DNA of 64,000 nucleotides from Gammaproteobacteria bacterium. GTDB lineage: Bacteria; Pseudomonadota; Gammaproteobacteria; Eutrophobiales; Eutrophobiaceae. The DNA lies in assembly GCA_965205955.1 (NCBI GenBank), contig OZ242192.1:2128658-2192657 (forward strand), given 5' to 3'. The position numbers were made by a program, and so were the translations under genes. This document shows, one piece after another, positions 48,511 to 60,500 of this stretch (its first letter is position 1; each line of letters starts with the position of its first letter). Below the pieces are notes generated by a model. The model ran no database searches. It was given only the letters and a program-made list of their open reading frames with translations, and had not been told where the DNA came from.

Positions 48511-51500
48511 ATGCTGAAACGACTGACCGCGCTGTTGCTGTTGTCGGTGGCAACATTCGCCCCGATGCCGGCGGTGTCGCAGACCGACCCCTGCGACGGC
48601 GACCTCACCTGGACCGGCATCACGCCGGACTGCCTCTCGCCCGGCGATAACTACCGCATCCTGTTCGTCACTAGCAGGGGAATCAATGCCACCTCTAACA
48701 GTATTACTGCCTACAACTCCTTTATTCAGACCAACATCAATCTCGCGGGTGCCCCACTCAACAGCCTTACCTTCCGTGCCCTCGGTTCCACCACCGCTGT
48801 GAATGCCCGCGACAACACCGGCACCACCGGCACTGGCGCCGGCATTCGGACCTTCTATTACCGGGGCCGCAAGGTAGCGGACAGCTACACCGACCTCTAC
48901 GATGGGACTTGGGATACCAACGAGCCGAGGGACGAGGATGGCACGGGCACCACCGTTAATCGTGTCTTCACAGGCACCAGAAATAACGGCACCACTGGTT
49001 TGCCGTTAGGAAGTACGATGTTCGTGGATGTTGGCAATCCAAGAAGCACTGACAGTCCTCTGTCTCTCAGTTCTGTAGGCATTCCCAGCTCCTTGCGACC
49101 TGTATACGCCCTCTCTGACGTTTTGACTGTGCCCGATCTCATGCCGATGTTCACACCGGGCGCGAGCATCCCGCCGCAGACCTACACCGTCGGCACGACT
49201 ATTACCCCGCTGACCCTGCCCGTAGCCACCGGCGGCAACCCCGCGCTGACCTACACCATAGCCCCGACCCTGCCCGCCGGCCTGACCCTGGGCGGCGCGA
49301 ACGGTAACATCCTGTCCGGCACACCGGGGCTGGGGACGGTACAAACCATCACCACCCACACCTACACGGTGAACGACGCCGACACCAATACCGCCCCCGC
49401 CGACACCGACACGCTGACCTTCACCATCACCATCAACATGGCGACGACGCTGGCCATCTTCGGCGACCTGTCCGGCGTGATTACCGAGGACGCCGTTCCG
49501 AACACCGTTAGCGGCACGGTGAGTATTGCCGCCGGCAGTGCCTCCACCATGTTCACCGCGCAAACCGCCACCGCCGGAAACTACGGCAGTTTCACGCTGA
49601 CGCCGGTCGCCGGCAACGACGATATGGCCATGTGGACCTACACACTCGACAACGACAACACCGACGTCAACGCCCTCGCCAGCGCCGATACCCTGACTGA
49701 AACCTTGCCCATCGCCGCCGTCGGCGTGCCCAATGCCAACGTCACCATCACCATCACCGGCGTCAATGACGCCCCGACCGCCGTCATTGACCAAGGCCCC
49801 ATTCTGACGGTGGCCCCCAGGGAGAGGGTTACCTTGACCAGCGCCGGCAGCGGCGACCCGGAAAGTATGCTTACCTACCGCTGGCGTATAGTTACCAACG
49901 GCGACCCGTCCCTTTCTCTTGCGGGGTCCAGCACCGATACCGCGACTATATTTTTCGACGCTCCAGAGGTGACCGGTACAGATGACTACACCATCAGGCT
50001 GGTCGTGAATGACGGCACATTGTCCTCGCAAGTGGACATCATAGTGAGGGTCGTCGACCCGATGGCGGACCCGACCATCACAATCGCCGCCGACACTGCC
50101 TCGGTAACCGAGGGCACGGCGGCTGCATTCACACTGACGGCCTCGCCAGCGGCGCCGGTGGGCGGGCTGACGGTCACCGTCTCCGTCACCCAGGACGGCA
50201 CATTTATCGACGGCGCGCCACCGACGACGGTGACGATTGCCGCCGCCGCAACCACGGCGGCGCTGACGGTGGCCACGACCGACGACAATATCGATGAGGC
50301 AGCCGGGTCGGTGACGGTAACGGTGGAGGACGGCACCGGCTACATGGGCAGCGGCAACACAGCCAGTGTCACGGTGGATGATGACGACACCGCCGACCTT
50401 AGCTTTACAGAAACCGGGGGTACTACCATCGTGACCGAAATGGGCAGCACCGACACCTACACCGTGGAACTCGCTACCGAGCCAACGAACGAGGTCACCA
50501 TTGCCGTTGTGAGCGGTAACACCGCAGTGGCAGCGGTATCGTCGCCATCGCTGACCTTCACCACGGCCAACTGGAACGTGGCACAGACCGTTACCGTAAC
50601 CGGTGTGAACGACGATATAGACTTTGAGTCCGATCCCGAATTAGCCGTGAGCCATACGGGCACGAGCACGGACAGCAACTATGAAGGGCTGTCGAGGGAC
50701 GTGGCCGTCACCGTAACCGATAACGACACCGCCGACGTTACCGTCTCCGAGACGACCCGCACCGTCGTCGAGAACGGCGGCACGATGACCTACACCATAA
50801 TGCTCGATACCGAGCCGCTCGGCGATGTCACCATTGCCATTGAGAGCGACGCCACCCTGGTGGCAACGGTATTGCCGATGTCGCTGACCTTCACCCCGTC
50901 CAACTGGAACACGGCACAGACCGTCACCGTCACCGGCGTGAACGACGCTGCCTCCGGCGAACGCACTGCGACCGTGAGCCATACACCTGCGAGCACGGAC
51001 GACCCCATCTATGCAGGGTTGATCATACCGTCTGTGGTCGTCACCGCCACCGATGACAACGCATCGGCCCTGCTGGCCGCCGTCACTCCGCTGGGCGAGG
51101 GGAATCTGAACCGTCCCACGGATACGGTGACGGTGACGGTAACCCTGATGAACACCGTGTACATGCCCGACGCAGAACTGGACATGAGCGACTTCATGCT
51201 GACGGATGACGTAGCCGGAGAGGTGACGGTATCTGATGTCACCCGCACCAGCGACAGGGTAGCCACGCTCACGCTGACCCATGACGGCGAGGATATTACC
51301 TCGGACGGCATGCTGAGCGTGACGGTACTCGCTTCCGCCCACACCGGCAGCGACAACCTGCCCGCCGGCAGTGTGCCGATAGACGCCACCGCCCAGATCG
51401 TGACCGTGAACCGTGTGACCCTCATCACCACCGGCCCGTATGGTTTGGGCGATAACATCGAGATGAGGATTAACTTCAACGAAAACGTCTTTGTGACCGG

Positions 51501-54500
51501 AGTCCCCAATGCCAGGCTGTTGATCGGTGGCAATCAACGAGATGCGGCCTACAACCGAGGCAGTGGCACCAGGGAACTGATATTCCGCCGCACGGTAGTG
51601 ACAGGCGATGACGATGCGGGCGGGGTGCGCGTACGAGGAAATATACTGCTTGGTGGACCCGGCGTTATTCGGGACGCAGCTGGCAACGATGCGATGAACA
51701 CGACCTTAACAGCAACCAGAGGCTTCGCCAACCAGGAGATAGATGCCACCCTCCCGATGCTGTCCACCGCCACGGTAACCGGCACCGCACTGACACTGAC
51801 TTATAATGAGGCGCTGGGCGCCTCTACCCCGTCCACCGCCGACTACACGGTAACGGTGGGTACTGGCCCGGGGACCGTCAACGACGTAGCCATCAGCGGC
51901 ATGACCGTGACCCTGACACTCGCCACGGCGGTCACTGGCGGTCAGGCGGTCACACTGAATTACACCCCCGGCGCCAACCCGGTGCAGGATACCGTCGGCA
52001 ACGATGCCGCCCGGCTGACCAACCGGGGCGTCACCAGTACCAGCGGAACGGTGGCGGTAAGCCTGAATCCCATTGCCGGCGACGATATCGTCAACATTGC
52101 CGAGCAGGCGGATGGCTTTACCATCAGCGGCACCATGGCCGCCGGGTCCACGGTGACCGTGACCATTGGCGGCAGTGCCACCACCCGTGATGCCACCGAG
52201 ACCGGCACCACCACCTGGACACTTGCTATTCCGGGCGGTGACACTGAGATTACCGACCCCAGCGTAGTGGTGGTGGCCACCGCCATGCTGTCGGACGGCA
52301 CTATGGGCACGGTGACCCGTCCGCTGACCGTGGACCTGATGCGCCCGACGGCGACCTACGCGCCACCGCCCACGTTGACGGTCGGCATGGCAATCACCCT
52401 CATCGAGCCGGGCAGCCCGTCTATGGACATAGCCAGCTATGCCGTGCAAGGCGGCACCCTGCCACCGGGCCTGACGCTGAACGGCGGTACCGGAGACATC
52501 AGTGGCGCCCCGACCACGGCGAACGCCTCAACGGCGCCGGTGACCATCCGCCTGACTGACACGGCCAGAAACACCGCGGATTTGTCGCCGATTACCTTCC
52601 CGATAGTAGCCATGGGCAGCCAGACGCTGACCGGCTTTGCCTACAGTTCCAGTACGGCAATGGTGGGCCAGCCGGCCCCGACGGTGACGCCTCCCACGGG
52701 GGCGGTAGCCGGCAGCATCCTGAGCTACACCACCACCTCAGCCGTATGCACGGTTTCCGCCACCGGCGCCCTGACGCTGGTTGCCGCAGGAGACTGCGTC
52801 ATTATGGTAACGGCCTCGGCGACGACCAACTACAACGAGGCAACCGATACCTTCACCATCACGGTGTCTGGAGCAGCGCTGCCGAGCATCTCCATCGCCG
52901 CCGGGACTACAGTGACCGAAGGCACGTCGGCCACCTTCACGCTGACGGCGGACCCTGCTCCGGCCGGGGATCTGACGGTTACCGTTACCGTCACTGACTC
53001 GGGCACATTCATTGCCGGTGCAGCGCCGACGACGGTAACGATTACCGGCAGCGAGACGACGGCCATGCTGGAGGTAACGACCACCGACGACTCTATTAAC
53101 GAGGCCAACGGCATGATAACGGCGACGGTGGAGGGCGGCGCCGGCTATACGGTAGACGCGACGAACAACAGCGACAGTGTCACCGTCAATGACGACGACG
53201 CCCTGCCGATGCTGGCGATTGATTCCCCGAGTGTGCTAGAGGGCGACGACGGCGATACGCCGACACTGAGCTACACGGTGACGCTGACCGGGGAGAGGGA
53301 GCGGGAAGTGACGGTGGACTATGCGGATACGACCAGCGGCACCGCGACCTCGGGCACCGACTACGAAGCGGTTACCGCCGGCACGCTGACCTTTGCGCCG
53401 GGCACGACCACACAGAACATTGACGTAACGGTGATGGGAGACGCGGATGATGAGGGGGACGAGACGGTCATCCTCAGACTGTCGGGCGAGACCAACGCGA
53501 CGATTACCACCGCCGACGGCACCGGCACGATTACCGATGACGATGACCCGGCGCTGCCGAGCATCTCCATCGCCGCCGGGACTGCGGTGGACGAGGGCAC
53601 GGCGGCCACCTTCACGCTGACGGCGGACCCTGCTCCGGGGACGGATCTGATTGTGACCGTTACCGTCACTGACTCGGGCAACTTCATTGCCGGTGCAGCG
53701 CCGACGATGGTAACGATTACCGGCAGCGAGACGACGGCCATGCTGGAGGTAACGACCACCGACGACTCTATTAACGAGGCCAACGGCATGATAACGGCGA
53801 CGGTGGAGGGCGGCGCCGGCTATACGGTAGACGCGACGAACAACAGCGACAGTGTCACCGTCAATGACGACGACGCCCTGCCGATGCTGGCGATTGATTC
53901 CCCGAGTGTGCTAGAGGGCGACGACGGCGATACGCCGACACTGAGCTACACGGTGACGCTGACCGGGGAGAGGGAGCGGGAAGTGACGGTGGACTATGCG
54001 GATACGACCAGCGGCACCGCGACCTCGGGCACCGACTACGAAGCGGTTACCGCCGGCACGCTGACCTTTGCGCCGGGCACGACCACACAGAACATTGACG
54101 TAACGGTGATGGGAGACGCGGATGATGAGGGGGACGAGACGGTCATCCTCAGACTGTCGGGCGAGACCAACGCGACGATTACCACCGCCGACGGCACCGG
54201 CACGATTACCGATGACGATGACCCGGCGCTGCCGAGCATCTCCATCGCCGCCGGGACTGCGGTGGACGAGGGCACGGCGGCCACCTTCACGCTGACGGCG
54301 GACCCTGCTCCGGGGACGGATCTGATTGTGACCGTTACCGTCACTGACTCGGGCAACTTCATTGCCGGTGCAGCGCCGACGATGGTAACGATTACCGGCA
54401 GCGAGACGACGGCCATGCTGGAGGTAACGACCACCGACGACTCTATTAACGAGGCCAACGGCATGATAACGGCGACGGTGGAGGGCGGCGCCGGCTATAC

Positions 54501-57500
54501 GGTAGACGCGACGAACAACACAGCCAGTGTCACCGTCAATGACGACGACGCCCTGCCGATGCTGGCGATTGATTCCCCGAGTGTGGCAGAGGGCAACGCC
54601 GGCGATACGCCGACGCTGAGCTACACGGTGACGCTGACCGGGGAGAGGGAGCGGGAAGTGACGGTGGACTATGCGGATACGACCAGCGGCACCGCGACCT
54701 CGGGCACCGACTACGAAGCGGTTACCGCCGGCACGCTGACCTTTGCGCCGGGCACGACCACACAGAACATTGACGTAACGGTGATGGGAGACGTGGCTGA
54801 TGAGGGGGACGAGACGGTCATCCTCAGACTGTCGGGCGAGACCAACGCGACGATTACCACCGCCGACGGCACCGGCACGATTACCGATGATGACGGCGGG
54901 CCAGTAGCAGGCGTCACCGTCACCCCGGTGACACTCAGTGTCCCCGAAGATGGCGGCACCACGGACACCTACACCCTGGTACTCGACACTGCGCCGACGG
55001 CCGATGTCACCATTGCCGTTGCGAGCGACACCGTCACGGCGGCGACCGTATCGTCGGCATCGCTGACCTTCAGCACGACCAACTGGAACACGGCACAGAC
55101 CGTCACCGTCACCGGCGTGAACGACGACGTTGATAACCCCAGCGACGAACGCACTGCGACCGTCAGCCATGTGCCTACGAGCGCGGATGCCGGCTATACC
55201 TCGGTGGTCATAGACCCTGTGACCGTCACCGTAACCGATGACGACGACGCCGGCGTCACCGTCGACCCGACGACACTCTCGGTTCTCGAAGCGGACGGCA
55301 CCAGCACCTACACCGTGGTACTTGATACCCAGCCGACCGGCAATGTCACCATTACCCCGGAGAGCGGCGACACCATGGTGGCCACGGTATCCGGGGCGCT
55401 GACCTTCACCACGACCGACTGGAGCACGGCACAGACCGTCACCGTCACCGGCGTGGACGACTCCGATGTGAACACCCCCGCCCGCACTGCGACCGTGAGC
55501 CATGCACCTGCGAGCGCGGATACCACTTATAACTCGGTGGTCATAGACCCTGTGGTCGTCACCGCCACCGATGACGACGTTGCTGCCGCCTCGGCCCTGC
55601 TGACCGCCGTCACTCCGCTGGGCGAAATGAATCTGCGCCGTTCCACGACGAATACGGTGACGGTGACGGTAACCCTGATGAACACCATGTACATGCCCGA
55701 AGCAGACCTGGATATGAGCGACTTCACGCTGACGGATGACGTAGCCGGAGAGGTGACGGTATCTACTGTCACCCGCACCAGCGACAGGGTAGTCACGCTC
55801 AGGCTGGCCCATGGCGGCGAGGATATTACCTCGGACGGCATGCTGAGCGTGACGGTACTCGCTTCCGCCCACACCGGCAGCGGCGACCTGCCTGCCGGCA
55901 GTGTGCCGATAGACGCCACCGCCCCGACCGTGAGCAGTGTGGCCTTCAGCACCACCGGCCCCTATGGTTTGGACGCTGACATCGAGGTGACGATTACCTT
56001 CAGCGAAAACGTCTTTGTGGAAGGAACAAGCCCGAATGCCCGCCTGATTATCAGTGGCAATAGAGTAGATGCGGCCTACAACCGAGGCAGTGGCAGCGAC
56101 GTACTGATATTCCGCCGCACGGTAGTGGCAGGCGATGACGATGCGGACGGGGTGAACATACTGGAAGATACACTGGCTAGTGGAGGCGGCATTATTCGGG
56201 ACGCAGCTGGCAACGATGCGGTGCGCACTAATAATCGAATAGAAGGCGGCATCACCCAGCGGGTAGATACCAGCTTCGTCGCGCCGCCGTCCATCACAAT
56301 CGCTGCTGATACTTCCCCGGTAACCGAGGGCACGGCGGCCACCTTCACGCTGACGGCGGACCCTGCTCCGGCCGGGGACCTGACGGTTACCGTTACCGTC
56401 ACTGACTCGGGCAACTTCATTGCCGGTGCAGCGCCGACGACGGTAACGATTACCGGCAGCGAGACGACGGCCATGTTGACGGTGATGACCGAAGACGACT
56501 CTGCCGACGAGGCCAACGGCATGATAACGGTGACGGTGGAGGACGGCGCCGGCTACACCGTGGATGGGAGCGGCAACACAGCCAGTGTCATGGTCAATGA
56601 CAACGACGCGCCAGCAGCAGGCGTCATCGTCACCCCGGCGACACTCAGTGTCCCCGAAGATGGCAGCAGCACGGCCGACTACACCCTGGTACTCAACACT
56701 GCGCCGACGGCCGATGTCACCATTGCCGTTGAGAGCGACACCGTCACGGCGGCAACCGTATCGTCGGCATCGCTGACCTTCACCCCGACCAACTGGGATA
56801 CGGCACAGACCGTCACCGTCACCGGCGTGAACGACGACGTTGATAACTCCGGCAACGCCCGCACTGCGACCGTCACCCATGCGCCTACGAGCGCGGACGC
56901 CGGCTATGGCTCGGTAGTCATAGCATCTGTGACCGTCACTGTCACCGATGACGACGACGCCGGCGTCACCGTGGACCCGATGACACTCTCGGTTCTCGAA
57001 GCGGACGGCACGGGCACCTACATCCTGGTACTCGACACCGTGCCGACGGCCGATGTCACCATTGCCGTTACGAGCGACACCGTCACGGCGGCAACCGTAT
57101 CGTCGGCATCGCTGACCTTCACCCCGACCAACTGGAACACGGCACAGACCGTCACGGTAACCGGCGTGAACGACGATGTCCCCGGCGCCCGCACTGCGAC
57201 CGTAATCCATACGGCTGCGAGTGGGGACGGCAACTATGAGGGGGTAGCCATAACCATAGCGTCTGTGACCGTCACCGTAGAAGATGATGACGCAGTAGCA
57301 GGCGTCACCGTCACCCCGGCGACACTCAGTGTCCCCGAAGATGGCGGCACCACGGCCGACTACACCCTGGTACTCGACACCGCACCGACGGCCGATGTCA
57401 CCATTGCCGTTGCGAGCGACACCGTCACGGCGGCGACCGTATCGTCGGCATCGCTGACCTTCACCCCGACCAACTGGAACACGGCACAGACCGTCACCGT

Positions 57501-60500
57501 CACCGGCGTGAACGACGACGTTGATAACCCCAGCGACGAACGCACTGCGACCGTCACCCATGCGCCTACGAGCGCGGACGCCGGCTATGGCTCGGTAGTC
57601 ATAGACCCTGTGACCGTCACCGTAGACGATGACGACACCGCCGATGTCACCGTCGACCCGATGGCGCTCATGGTTCCCGAAGCGAGCGGCACCAGCACCT
57701 ACACCGTGGTACTTGATACCGAGCCGCTCGGCGATGTCACCATTACCCCGGAGAGCAGCGACACCATGGCGGCCACGGTATCCGGGGCGCTGACCTTCAC
57801 CGCGACCAACTGGAATACGCCGCAGACCGTCACCGTCACCGGCGTGAACGACGACGACGATAACCCCGGCAACGCCCGCACTGCGAGCCTAAGCCATACG
57901 GCTTCGGGCTCGGACACCATCTATAACTCGGTGGTCATAGACCCTGTGACCGTCACCGTCACCGATGATGACGGCCCCACGGCCCTGCTGGAGGCGGTGT
58001 CTCCGACTACGCTGGGCGAGCGGAGACTGAACTCCTCTACCAACAGAGCCACGGTGCGGGTAACCCTGATGAACACCGAGTATGTGGACACTGCAGATTT
58101 GAGCGGGGCCGACTTCATGCTGACGGATGACGTGGACGGGGATGTGACGGTGGAGTCTGCTGTCACCCGCGACAGCGACACGGTGGCCACGCTGACGCTG
58201 GGGCATAGCGGCGGGATTAGCAACGACGGCACGGTGAGTGTAACGGTACTCGCTTCCGCCCACACCGGCAGCGGCGACCTGCCTGCCGTCAGTCTGCCTA
58301 TAGACGCCACGGCCCCGACCGTGAGCAGTGTGGCCTTCAGCACCACCGGCCCCTATGGTTTGGGCGCGAACATCGAGGTGACGATTACCTTCAGCGAAGA
58401 CGTCTTTGTGGAAGAAACAACCCCTAATGCCCTCCTGATAATCGGGATCAGTGCCAGTGAGGCTGCGCCCTACAACCGAGGCGAAGGCAGCAACACACTG
58501 GTATTCCGCCGCACGGTAGGGGCAGGCGATGACGATGCGGACGGGGTGGACATACAAGGAGGAGTACTGTTGGGTGGAGGCGGCATTATTCGGGACGTAG
58601 CCGGCAACAATGTGGTACGCTCCGGCGGCACTAATAATCGAATAAGCGGCGGCAACGACCAGCGGGTAGATACCAGCATCATCGCGCCGCCGTCCATCAC
58701 GATTGCCGCTGATACTTCCCCGGTGACCGAGGGCACGGCGGCTGCATTCACGCTGACGGCCTCGCCACCGGCGCCGGTGGGCGGGCTGACGGTCACCGTC
58801 TCCGTCAGCCAGACCGGCACATTTATCGAAGGCGTGGCACCGACGACGGTGACGATTGCCGCCGCCGCAACCACAGCGGCGCTGACGGTGGCCACGACCG
58901 ACGACAATATCGATGAGGCAGCCGGGTCGGTGACGGCAACGGTAACGGCGGGCACCGGCTACACGGTCGGCAGCGGCAACACAGCCAGTGTCACGGTGGA
59001 TGATAACGATGCGGGCACCGCCCCCGTGCTGCAAACCGCTACAGTCAACCGCAACATGCTGGCTCTGGGGTATGATACGGCGCTGGACTCGACCTCTACC
59101 CCGGCCGGCGCAGACTACACGCTGATGGTCGATGCCGGCCCGCTCCCGACGGTCAGCACGGTGGTCATCACCGCCAGCACGGCGACCCTGACGCTGTCTG
59201 AGTCCATCATCGGCAACCAGACGGTCACGCTGGATTACACCCCCGGCAGCAACCCGTTGCGGGACCTTGCCAGCAACAATGCCGTGCTGCTGGACGATCA
59301 AGCGGTGGTCAATACCACCCCTCCGTTCATCACTGATGTTGTGATAAGTTCGGACCCCGGCGCCGATGAGACCTACGCCATCGGGGAAGACATTGAGGTA
59401 ACCGTTACCTTCAGTGAAGCGGTGGGCGTCTCCAGTACGCCGGAGATAAGTATCTCTGGTATAACCGTCGGTAATAGCTCAGCAGCTTTTGTCAGTGGTT
59501 CCGGCACTACGGCCCTGCTATTTCGCTACACGGTTGTAGAGGGTGTGCTGGTCTCGGATGGGATAGGCGTCAGCACCCTTAATGTTCCAGGCGGCGCCAC
59601 CATTACTGCCTCGATCGACAGCACACGACTGGCCGACCGCACCTTTACGGCACTGCCCCCGCAATCGGGACATAAGATAGACGGAGTCCGCCCGGCCCTG
59701 TCCAGCGCCACGGTAGACGATGTCACACTGACATTGGCTTATGCTGAGGCGCTGGACGGCGCCTCCACCCCGGCCAACGGCGACTACACGGTGATGGCGG
59801 ACTCTTCCCCGGTGACCGTCAGCGGCGTAAGCATCAGCGGTATGGCCGTGACCTTGACACTGGCCACGGCGGTTACCAGCGGCCAGGCGGTCACGCTGGA
59901 TTACACCCCCGGCACCAACCCGGTGCAGGATACCGCCGGCAACGATGCCGTGATTCTGGACGACCAAACGGTGGGAGCGGGAGTGTTGCCGTCCATCTCA
60001 ATCACCGCAGTGACTTCCTCGGTGACCGAGGGGGCGGCGGCAACCTTCACGCTGACGGCAACCCCTGCTCCGGCGGCGAACCTGACGGTGATGGTTACGG
60101 TCACCGAGGCAGGCACGTTCATTAGCGGCGCGGCGCCGACGACGGTGACGATTCCCTCCTCAGGGTCGGTAACGCTGACGGTGCCGACCACCGACGACTC
60201 TACCGACGAGGCGAACGGCACGATAACGGCGACGGTAACGGCGGGCAGCGGCTACACAGTCGGCAGCCCGCTCACAGCCAGTGTCACGGTCGAGGATAAC
60301 GATGGCACACCGGACCCGGCCATCACGATAGCCGCCGTGTCTTCCTCGGTGACCGAGGGGGCGGCGGCAACCTTCACGCTGACGGCAACCCCCGCTCCGG
60401 CGGCGAACCTGACGGTGATGGTTACGGTCACCGAGACGGGCACGTTCATTAGCAGCGCGGCGCCGACGACGGTGACGATTCCCTCCTCAGGGTCGGTAAC

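Noticed and set aside
53911-57561. A 1,216-aa ORF on the minus strand, plus many other antisense ORFs between 48.4 and 62.2 kb (e.g. 49006..50031, 50641..51537, 57889..59301).
   Set aside because: These lie entirely inside, and antisense to, the GC-rich, repeat-rich giant gene. The translations are Gly/Arg/Val low-complexity mirrors of the sense repeats, with no start context or recognisable domain. Such stop-free antisense frames are expected from the strong codon bias.
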